Assembly: GCA_945787785.1 (NCBI GenBank)
Contig: CALZIO010000005.1
Span: forward strand, 26,921 to 90,920
Direction: 5' to 3'
Source of the DNA: an uncultured Chromatiaceae bacterium
GTDB taxonomy: Bacteria; Pseudomonadota; Gammaproteobacteria; Tenderiales; Tenderiaceae
Length of the DNA stretch: 64,000 bases
The position numbers and the translations under genes are program-made. Below, in pieces: positions 25,699 to 33,950 of this stretch; the first letter of the stretch is position 1; every line of letters begins with the position of its first letter. The notes beneath the pieces were generated by a model, which did no database searches, was not told the DNA's origin, and saw nothing but the letters and a program-made list of their open reading frames with translations.

Positions 25699-28378
25699 CG
25701 CCCAAGCAGCAGAAAGAGTATCGGATATCCGCAATACCAAACACAATTTCTCCGCCGTGGTAATACCTGCGTTGCCGGATGGTGCTGCGCGTACGGTCCA
25801 GGCAGTTTCAGAATCGCAAATCTGCGCTTTTTGCCACACGCCGCATAAAGCGAGTAAACAAGCTCGGGCGCCGATTTGGAATCGCAAATTATCAGGTGCT
25901 ACTTATACGCCTTATACCAGCTCCTCGATTGATGCTGTTAATCTTGGCCAACCCAATACCAAGTCCAAATTATGTCTTTCCTGCCATGACGGCACCCTGG
26001 CTATTGGAGCTGTTAATGTTCTCAATAGAGTTGAAAACCCAAACATCCCAATGCGGGGTACAGCACCTGATGGCACTATGCCTGCCGGTTTGGGCGATCG
26101 GTCTGGTTTTACCCGCCGCCTCGGCACGGACTTGACCAATGACCACCCGATTTCATTCACTTATGATTCAGCCCAGGCCAGCCGCGACGGAGAGTTGCGT
26201 GACCCTTCTCTGGATACAGTTATAGGCGAACGTGGGCCGGGAACGCATCGAGCAACACTACCTCTGGAAGATGGTCAGATGGAATGTGTCTCCTGCCATG
26301 ATCCACACATACGCAGTACTTCAGGTGAAAATATCAAGTTTCTGCGGGTTAACCGGTTTCAACAAACTACCCCAGTCGAAGGCACTTATAATCAGGCAAA
26401 CGATATTATTTGCTTGGCGTGTCACGAGAAATCCGGTTGGGCTGACTCGGCGCATGCCAATATGGCGGTGGGAGATGAAAGATACACCGATGCCGCGGCC
26501 GAGATTCGAGAATTTCCACAGAATATGCAAGTTTGGCAAGCAGCCTGTTTGAATTGCCATGACCCGCATACCGTTCAGGGCTCGCGTCGCCTGTTGCGTG
26601 AAGGTACTGATGATGCAGGTCAGGTTGTGAGTGCTGGTGGAAGTGCTATCCGCGTTAAGCAGGGCGGTGGTGCAGCGATAGAAGAGACTTGCTATGCATG
26701 CCATTCAGTTGATGGCAACGTCTTGCAGGGGCAGCCAAACAAGGGTGTGTTTCAAGTGCCTGATATTAAAACCGATTTCACCACCATGCGCATCCACATG
26801 CCGATCGCAAGTGAAGACCAGGCAGCTGGCGAAGAACGCCATGCTATCGGTACTTTCCCGGCGCCGCAAAACGGCAAGGACTTCATGGAGTCACAGCAGC
26901 GTCTCGGCAAGGGTGACCTGAGTAACCGCCATGCCGAGTGTACAGACTGTCATAATCCTCATCGTGTCATCAAGAATCGTAGCTTTAATGACGACCCCAA
27001 GTTCCCGGATATTGAAGGGACCCATAACCACACAACTTCACAGATTGCCGGTACGCTGGAAGGGCAGCATACCAATCTTGCCTCAGGGGTCCTGCGTGGA
27101 GCCTGGGGTGTTGAGCCAACCTCCTGGACCAGTACGGAGTTCACCAGCCGACCAGTCACCTTTGAGGTCAAGCGTGGTGACGCTATAGTCGGTGGCAATG
27201 CCGATGTCAGCGCGACTTATGTGACGCGTGAGTATCAGATTTGTATGAAATGCCATTCGAATTATGGTTTTGATGCACCAGCACCATTGGGCACCAATCA
27301 TTCTGGTGGTACGCCAGCCGGAACCAATGCACTCTTTAACTATACCAACCAAGGTATGGAATATCAGTCACCAGATGATCATAAAGGCGAAGTGACCCCT
27401 GCTACGCCTACTGGGGCATATGCTGGCAGTGTTGGTGAGTGTGCTGATGTTAATTTTGGCACCCTGGATTTAACCGATCCCGCTGCATTGCTTTACTACA
27501 ATACTTATGTAAAACGGGCTGGCTATGTTGATCCCAATGGAAACTGCGTTAATTATGTTACTGATAATCATCGTGCCTGGCACCCAATTTTGAAGGAGAC
27601 AGGTCGTACCGCTGTTCCTGGTGGTGGAGGTGTGCGCGATGCTGATTCCGATGACTGGCATGAGCCGTTCAACGCTGCGGTGGGTACACAGACGATGTAT
27701 TGTACTGATTGCCACGGTTCGGATACCGCTCAAGGCACAGTAGTGCCGCGCGGATTGCAGCCCAATGGTAATGTGTGGGGACCACATGGGTCAGAAAACG
27801 ACTTCCTGCTGAAAGGCAGTTGGAGTGATGAAACCGGTCAGAACACTGCTGCAGATGGTCTCTGTTTCAAGTGTCACAACTACAACTACTATGGCAGAAA
27901 ATATCCCGCCGGTGTGATTAACCCGAATTCGACCAAGGATAGTGGTTTTAGCCGAGATCCGGCTTTGGGAGTGGCATCATGCCTCTATGTGCCATCAGTA
28001 AATCTTCATACTGGACATGCTCAAGAAAGACAGGTGAGTAATTTCCGTTGTAGTTATTGCCATGTTTCGATCCCGCATGGTTGGAAGAACAAAAATTTCC
28101 TCAATAATCTGAACGATATCGGCCGTGAAGTAGGGTTGGCAACTGGTGGTAATCAGGTGCGTAATAATCAGACCAGCCGTTATTACCGTGGTCCTTATTA
28201 CAATGGCGCAGTGTTGAAAATTGTGCAATTCCGCCAGAGTGGCCAATGGGTGCATAACACCTGTGGTTCGGCTGGCAATCCCGGTAATGGCAATGTTGGT
28301 GGTAATGGTAACTTCGGAAACATACCCTGGATGACGGACCAGGGTTCAGGCAGTGAGGCCTGTAACCTAATCCCATGA
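25640..28378 (+). CDS. Undecahaem (11 CXXCH) large c-type cytochrome
   Basis: Signal peptide (LLAVNAQAAE). 11 canonical CXXCH motifs. The N-terminal roughly 270 aa repeat the architecture of the 271-aa tetrahaem protein. Asn/Gly-rich C-terminal tail. GGAGA RBS 5 nt before the ATG at 25640. Confidence 0.9.
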   Translation: MRRTLQVIAALILTTLLAVNAQAAERVSDIRNTKHNFSAVVIPALPDGAARTVQAVSESQICAFCHTPHKASKQARAPIWNRKLSGATYTPYTSSSIDAVNLGQPNTKSKLCLSCHDGTLAIGAVNVLNRVENPNIPMRGTAPDGTMPAGLGDRSGFTRRLGTDLTNDHPISFTYDSAQASRDGELRDPSLDTVIGERGPGTHRATLPLEDGQMECVSCHDPHIRSTSGENIKFLRVNRFQQTTPVEGTYNQANDIICLACHEKSGWADSAHANMAVGDERYTDAAAEIREFPQNMQVWQAACLNCHDPHTVQGSRRLLREGTDDAGQVVSAGGSAIRVKQGGGAAIEETCYACHSVDGNVLQGQPNKGVFQVPDIKTDFTTMRIHMPIASEDQAAGEERHAIGTFPAPQNGKDFMESQQRLGKGDLSNRHAECTDCHNPHRVIKNRSFNDDPKFPDIEGTHNHTTSQIAGTLEGQHTNLASGVLRGAWGVEPTSWTSTEFTSRPVTFEVKRGDAIVGGNADVSATYVTREYQICMKCHSNYGFDAPAPLGTNHSGGTPAGTNALFNYTNQGMEYQSPDDHKGEVTPATPTGAYAGSVGECADVNFGTLDLTDPAALLYYNTYVKRAGYVDPNGNCVNYVTDNHRAWHPILKETGRTAVPGGGGVRDADSDDWHEPFNAAVGTQTMYCTDCHGSDTAQGTVVPRGLQPNGNVWGPHGSENDFLLKGSWSDETGQNTAADGLCFKCHNYNYYGRKYPAGVINPNSTKDSGFSRDPALGVASCLYVPSVNLHTGHAQERQVSNFRCSYCHVSIPHGWKNKNFLNNLNDIGREVGLATGGNQVRNNQTSRYYRGPYYNGAVLKIVQFRQSGQWVHNTCGSAGNPGNGNVGGNGNFGNIPWMTDQGSGSEACNLIP

Positions 28379-29397
28379 TGCGCTGGTTACGCAGGTTAGC
28401 CTCAACACGGCTAACCTTGCTTGGCATGGCGCTGTTAGCTGTCGGCGCCAGCCTCAGTTATGGCAATCCCGCCGAAGTTTCTGCTTGGGTGTTGATTGCC
28501 CCGCTGCTGTTTCTCGCGCTTAATTTACTTGCTGCAATTATTACCCAGCCAGGCATCAATCGGCGCCCGGGTTTGTTGTTGTTTCATTTGGGACTGCTGT
28601 CTATTTGCGTTCTCACTGCCATTGGCCAGTTGACCTATTTCGAATCCCGCGTCGAAGTGACGCAAGACAGCGTCTTTGAATTGTCAGCAATGCAAGAGGT
28701 GCAGCAGGGCCCGTGGCATCTTGGTGAACTGGGCAAGGTTCAGTTTGTCCAACAGGGTTACACCGTAGAATACCGGCCAGGATTGGTGCGTGGGGCGACA
28801 CGAAGCCATATATTGCTACCTGACGGCAAAGGTGGTTGGAAAGCTGAGGTGGTCGGGGATGATACGCCGCTGATTATCGATGGCTATCGTTTCTATACCA
28901 CCTTTAACAAGGGGTTTGCGGCGGTTCTGACATGGATTACAGAACAGGGTGAGGCAATGACAGGTACGATACACATGCCTTCCTATCCGCTGTTTGATTA
29001 CAAGCAGGCGAATAGTTGGTTGCCGCCAGGTAGCGAGGAAGAAATCAAGTTCTGGCTGCGTCTCGAAACCGATTTTGACCGTGAGGCAGATTGGCTCTTG
29101 GATGGTGCCAAAACACACGCCGTGTTAGTCGTTAATGACGGCGACCAGCGGGTTGAATTGCAGCCGGGCCAAGGCATCGATTTGCCAGGTGGTCATTTAC
29201 GTTATGAGGCATTGAGCACCTGGATGGGTTACAAGATTTTTTATGACCCGACACTGAAATGGCTGTTTATAGCAGCGATGATCACGGTGTTTGGTTTGTG
29301 TCTGCATTACTGGAGTAAATTTCAGGACCAGCCCATGGACCAGCCAGAAGATCAATCACCAGAGCAGTTAGCGGGCAAGGCGCAGGATAGAAAGTGA
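28375..29397 (+). CDS. ccsB: System II cytochrome c biogenesis protein ResB/CcsB (short form)
   Basis: N-terminus LRRLASTRLTLLGMALLAVGAS, TM His (LLLFHLGLL), large soluble loop, final TM with His (LCLHYW). Lies immediately upstream of ccsA. Start overlaps the cytochrome stop (ATGATG). Confidence 0.75.
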   Translation: MMRWLRRLASTRLTLLGMALLAVGASLSYGNPAEVSAWVLIAPLLFLALNLLAAIITQPGINRRPGLLLFHLGLLSICVLTAIGQLTYFESRVEVTQDSVFELSAMQEVQQGPWHLGELGKVQFVQQGYTVEYRPGLVRGATRSHILLPDGKGGWKAEVVGDDTPLIIDGYRFYTTFNKGFAAVLTWITEQGEAMTGTIHMPSYPLFDYKQANSWLPPGSEEEIKFWLRLETDFDREADWLLDGAKTHAVLVVNDGDQRVELQPGQGIDLPGGHLRYEALSTWMGYKIFYDPTLKWLFIAAMITVFGLCLHYWSKFQDQPMDQPEDQSPEQLAGKAQDRK

Positions 29398-29416
29398 ATC
29401 AGGTGGAAACAAATAG

Positions 29417-30265
29417 ATGACAAGCACAGTTACAGAACTTCCCTGGATGTGGGCCGGTCTTTTCTCCTATGCTCTGGCGACGATAATCGCCTTTCGCACT
29501 GTCTGGCAGCTTGGCGGTGTCGGCTCTATTGCATTGCCAAGCCGCAATACTGAACGCTGGATATTATTGTTTATTGTTAGTGGTGTTGTGTTGTTGACCA
29601 TTGCTCTTGGTGTGCGTTGGGATCGACTCGGTCACGGCCCTTTCGTCAATCTCTATGAGCTGCTGATGAGTCAGCTGTTTAGTCTTGGTTTGATTTATGC
29701 CATCGTCTATTGGCGCGTGCCAAGCCTTCGTTCAAGTGCTGTGGTGGTGTTACCACTGATCTGGATTTTAGGCACCTGGATCCTGTTTCTCGAGCCGGTC
29801 GATAGTCGCTTTCCACCTACATACCATAACAACTGGCTTTGGGCTCATGTTGGGTTCGGCAAGGTCTTTCTTTCGTTCTGTCTGGTGGCAGCAGGGTTGG
29901 CGGGTGTCATTTTGTTGCGAGCCATTCCGCGTTTTGGCCGTTCATTTTCCAATATGAGCGACGCAGCGCTTGATCAGCTTGCCTGGCGTTTCATGATGCT
30001 GGCACTGGTGTTTGATAGCCTGATGCTGATTGCAGGCGCGGTCTGGGCGCAGGATGCCTGGGGGCGTTATTGGTCCTGGGACGCACTGGAAACCTCTTCT
30101 TTCATCACCTGGCTTTCTATCGGTGCAGGTATTCATGCCCGCTTGAGTTTCAAAATTCCTATCCGGATGGGGGCTCTGGTGATTCTGGCGATTTTTGGCC
30201 TTGCGTTCACCACCTATTTTGGCGCGCCGTATTACAGCGAAGCCGCGCACAAGGGAGTTATTTGA
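29417..30265 (+). CDS. ccsA: System II cytochrome c assembly protein CcsA (haem lyase/exporter subunit)
   Basis: Trp-rich WWD motif VWAQDAWGRYWSWDALETSSFITWL. Multiple TM helices. 282 aa. Confidence 0.88.
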   Translation: MTSTVTELPWMWAGLFSYALATIIAFRTVWQLGGVGSIALPSRNTERWILLFIVSGVVLLTIALGVRWDRLGHGPFVNLYELLMSQLFSLGLIYAIVYWRVPSLRSSAVVVLPLIWILGTWILFLEPVDSRFPPTYHNNWLWAHVGFGKVFLSFCLVAAGLAGVILLRAIPRFGRSFSNMSDAALDQLAWRFMMLALVFDSLMLIAGAVWAQDAWGRYWSWDALETSSFITWLSIGAGIHARLSFKIPIRMGALVILAIFGLAFTTYFGAPYYSEAAHKGVI

Positions 30266-30268
30266 TCC

Positions 30269-30958
30269 ATGTCTGTTGTTGAGTCACACAACCTGCTCGA
30301 AAAAACCACGGCTATCACGACAGTCATGTTGGTGTTGGTGATGTTGGCGATGATGTCAGGGTTTGCCAATCGTGCCCAGTTTGTCTTTCAGCCTGTCATT
30401 GAAACTGAGGAGATACTCGTCGACGCCAAGGCTGATCCGCGCGGCCATGCGCAACAATACCGGCAGCGGTTGATTGATGAACGTTTCCAGCAGGCGGTCG
30501 CAATGCTGCATGCCAATCAGTTTGATTTCGCCATTACCGCCCTGCATCGTGTGATTGAGCTGGCGCCGAAAATGCCCGAAGCCTATGTCAACATGGGTTA
30601 CGCCTTGATTGGCAAGCAGGATTACAAGGCAGCGGCAGATTTTTTTAACGCCGCGATTGAACTCAAACCGTATCAGGCCAATGCCTACTGGGGCCTGGCG
30701 GTATCGCTGGAGCAGCTGGGCGAACTAGACGCAGCGCTCGGCGCCATGCGTACCTTTATTCATCTCTCGCCACCTAATGATCCCTTCCTGCGTAAAGCGC
30801 GTTCAGCTTTATGGGAGTGGGAGTCAGCACTTAAACGTGGTCCATTGCCTGAAGCGGAACAGGAGTGGATTGAACGTCGCAGTGGAGAATGGCAGGAGCG
30901 AAATAGTCTTGAGGCAGATATGCCCGATGCAAAAGATCACACTATAGATGTGAAATAA
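30269..30958 (+). CDS. Membrane-anchored TPR-repeat protein
   Basis: N-terminal TM (ITTVMLVLVMLAMM). TPR-like repeats (AYVNMGYALIGKQDYKAAADFFNAAIELKP, AYWGLAVSLEQLGELDAALGAM). Confidence 0.75.
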   Translation: MSVVESHNLLEKTTAITTVMLVLVMLAMMSGFANRAQFVFQPVIETEEILVDAKADPRGHAQQYRQRLIDERFQQAVAMLHANQFDFAITALHRVIELAPKMPEAYVNMGYALIGKQDYKAAADFFNAAIELKPYQANAYWGLAVSLEQLGELDAALGAMRTFIHLSPPNDPFLRKARSALWEWESALKRGPLPEAEQEWIERRSGEWQERNSLEADMPDAKDHTIDVK

Positions 30959-30992
30959 GGACCAAAGGGGTTGGGCGGCGCTCCCTTTGGTC

Positions 30993-31030
30993 GTGCGCGA
31001 GGTGGAAGTCTTGCTCGCGCACGGTTTTTT
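30993..31030 (+). terminator. Rho-independent terminator closing the cytochrome operon
   Basis: GTGCGCGAG-(12 nt)-CTCGCGCAC followed by GGTTTTTT. Preceded by a second hairpin ACCAAAGGG...CCCTTTGGT (30961-30991). Confidence 0.8.
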
Positions 31031-31118
31031 AGGTATTCAATGCTAGTGCTTTAAAGATTCAGATTTGACAGTCCTTGTCAGGTTGGTATGCAGTCGAATT
31101 ACACGTACGCCGACTACG

Positions 31119-33284
31119 TCACTCTAGATCCAAATACCCAATGGAGTATTTGTGATCCCCCGAGGTCGGATCAATACTAATTATTCTTGCTCTAGATATC
31201 TCTGAACGCAGGTGCGCTGGCATCTCCCAGGTATGGTGTTTCATATACTCTCCATCACTGGGCTCGAAGAGATTGCAATGTATTTCATTTTGTCTGTCGT
31301 CCAACAGGCAGGCGCGATAGGTATCATTGCTGTCCAAAGACAAGCTGATTTGCTTTGATGGAGGCTGATCGATGTAAATAAACGTTTTCTCGTCTATGAT
31401 CAGATGACTACTATCATTCCACTCCGATTCTTCGTGTTTAATGTTAAATGGTTGGGCTTTAATATCCTGGATGATAGCGGCCGTATGCAACTGATCGTGC
31501 TCACCACTCTCATCGTTCGCTAGTGTAATAGTCACGGATAAGCTGGCGCACTCAGAACAGCTCAGGAAGACATAAAAGGGGTTCAGGCTTTGACGTATTG
31601 CCACGACATTATCAACAGGCTCTCCTTCCATATTTTCATCTGTAATAGTAATCCTGATGTTTGATGTATGCTCAGATGTCATCTTGCTTTTAGCGAGAAA
31701 TGACAGTAGTAATGATTCGCCGTGCCGAACAAAATCCGTGATGGTTACACTGCTAGATGGGGCCAGCTTTATGATTCCATTTTCAGCAATAAAATAAGGC
31801 TCGTTGAAGCTTAGTTGTTGCGGCTGAATCATGTTAATGCTAGGCGCATAATTTTCACTACGTAACCGTACAGCGATCGCGCCCTTCTTGCGGATTCTCT
31901 CAACCATCTCTAATTCATAGTTGGATATGATGTCAGTTTCGAGTAAATCCCGATGTGCATCAAGTAGCCAGAATTCGCTGGGTGCCGTTCCGCTATCTAG
32001 TTGGTGCCTTAATACCGATGACCTTTGTGTTCTTATGTCACTTGATAACTGTTTAAAGTAAACATTGAACTTGCCCGGTATGTATTTCAATCCATAGACT
32101 GGTAATCCATCTTGCTTGTTAATGATCTCGAGTGCCAATTCTCGATATTGGTCCTTTGTGATTTTCGTATAATACTCACTCTCTATAAACAGGGTCGAGA
32201 TTGACAGTAACAGGGACGTCAAGATGATTAGCATTTGAATGCTTCGGTTTTTAAATGCTTCTATCCCTAGAGCAACAAGAATAATAATTGCGGGTAATGT
32301 AATGATTGTGTACCGGGGTACCAAGATTGGCGCAAAGCTAATGCTTCTGAGATACGGGAAAGTATAGGTCACAATTATCCAGAACATGATGACCTGAAAC
32401 CCAATTGAATACTTTTCGTTTTTGGTGTTGATTAGCTGTGTGATTGCAATCAATATCAGTGCGGCAAACAAAAATGCCAGATGTTCTCCGTAAAAATAGT
32501 TTTGAAAATAATCGGTAAAATAATCAGCGCTTGGATCCTTGATCCAGATTTCTTTATGCCCAAGGTTTGTAATCATATGGCTTAAGGTGGGCAAAGCAGA
32601 GACACTGATAGCGAAAAAGGAAATGGCTGCATATAGGAATGTTTGTAAGCTGAATTTTCGTTCGAACAGAAATAAGAACAGTAAGAAAATTCCTTGAGTT
32701 CCGACAATAATAAACCCGAAATAATGAGTGTTCACAAGTGCTGCTGTGATCACTATATAAACGACGAGATTTAGTTTGTGCGGGTCTCTTAATGTTTTTG
32801 CGAGATATAAATTAGATAACACGCTTAGAAGTGATAGTAATGAGTAGGCCCGGGCTTCTTGAGAGTAAGTGATTAAGAATATATTAAATGTGGCGAGGGC
32901 CGCAGCATAGATACCGACTTTTTCGCTGAACAAATTTTTACCTAGATAAAAGACTGAAGGTATGAGGAGTATTCCCGCCACAGCAGAAAGTGACCGGCCG
33001 GCAAATTCTGTATAGCCGAATACCTTGTACCAAAACCATAGCAATATCTGGTAAAAAGGCGGGTAGAGACCTTCGACTGTTAGATTAAATACTTCCATAA
33101 AAGAATTGTCTGGATCGCTGAAAGACGCGCTGAACAATTCATCGAGCCAATAACTCTGAAACGTCAAACCGTCAAACCGTAGCACTGCTGCGATTAAGGA
33201 TAATATGATTAATCCGAGGAGATATTTGTGCTGGGAGACTGTGTCTAGAATAGTGCGTAGCACATCTTTTATATTATTGTTCAT
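31119..33284 (-). CDS. GT-C fold glycosyltransferase (ArnT/PMT_2-like) with large C-terminal periplasmic domain
   Basis: 721 aa. About 11 TM segments in the N-terminal 400 aa. First-loop motif SYWLDELFS (the DE motif of ArnT/PMT-type enzymes). Looks clearly more AT-rich than its neighbours by eye. Confidence 0.75.
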   Translation of the reverse strand: MNNNIKDVLRTILDTVSQHKYLLGLIILSLIAAVLRFDGLTFQSYWLDELFSASFSDPDNSFMEVFNLTVEGLYPPFYQILLWFWYKVFGYTEFAGRSLSAVAGILLIPSVFYLGKNLFSEKVGIYAAALATFNIFLITYSQEARAYSLLSLLSVLSNLYLAKTLRDPHKLNLVVYIVITAALVNTHYFGFIIVGTQGIFLLFLFLFERKFSLQTFLYAAISFFAISVSALPTLSHMITNLGHKEIWIKDPSADYFTDYFQNYFYGEHLAFLFAALILIAITQLINTKNEKYSIGFQVIMFWIIVTYTFPYLRSISFAPILVPRYTIITLPAIIILVALGIEAFKNRSIQMLIILTSLLLSISTLFIESEYYTKITKDQYRELALEIINKQDGLPVYGLKYIPGKFNVYFKQLSSDIRTQRSSVLRHQLDSGTAPSEFWLLDAHRDLLETDIISNYELEMVERIRKKGAIAVRLRSENYAPSINMIQPQQLSFNEPYFIAENGIIKLAPSSSVTITDFVRHGESLLLSFLAKSKMTSEHTSNIRITITDENMEGEPVDNVVAIRQSLNPFYVFLSCSECASLSVTITLANDESGEHDQLHTAAIIQDIKAQPFNIKHEESEWNDSSHLIIDEKTFIYIDQPPSKQISLSLDSNDTYRACLLDDRQNEIHCNLFEPSDGEYMKHHTWEMPAHLRSEISRARIISIDPTSGDHKYSIGYLDLE

Positions 33285-33950
33285 TTGCTATATGCGATCC
33301 GGGTGTGTGTCGCTTGTGGCAGGCAGTATTCTCATCGATTAATCTGCCTGCGGTTATTAAAGCATATTATTTCAATGTGACTGTTATGTATAGGAACAAT
33401 GCTTGGCATATTCTTCAATGCTGGTTTTGACAGCTTGAACCGACTTATCCGCCTATTATGTGCGAGACATTTTCTCAACTTCTGTCGGCAGTAAATATGC
33501 AATGTCTAGATAGGTCTAAAACTACTTGATATGGGTGCTAACACTGGCTTGCTGTATCTTGTAAATTCCGTATGATTTATTCGGTATGGAGCTAATATTT
33601 AGGCAGCGGTCTTTTATAAATTAAGGATGCTCTGATTAATTCGTTTGTCTTCATTCCCGCGTGTACCGAAATCTAAAAACGTATAGTATTAGAACCACAG
33701 GATTCCGGGTCTACGCTTCGCCCGGTTTGTGTCCGCTCTCTGGGTGAGTGACGAAATAATCAAAACATCCTTAAAATGAACAAGACGCTTGGTTGAAGAT
33801 TGCCATACCGTTTGAGCTTGTCCACAACTACAAGGGGAATGAGTTGCTCATTCATAAACGCCACAGACTTTCACTACACAGAATAATTCACAATAATTGG
33901 CGTAGGGTTAGCCCGGTCACAGGGGCCGCTCAGTGTCAGGCAGCTAGCGC

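Noticed and set aside
25640-28378. Non-canonical haem-binding motifs (CXXCK, CX3CH, CX4CH, CX15CH) that could explain the dedicated System II genes
   Set aside because: I read every CH and CK dipeptide context in this protein and in the other four operon cytochromes. All 24 sites are plain CXXCH, and the remaining Cys residues are isolated.
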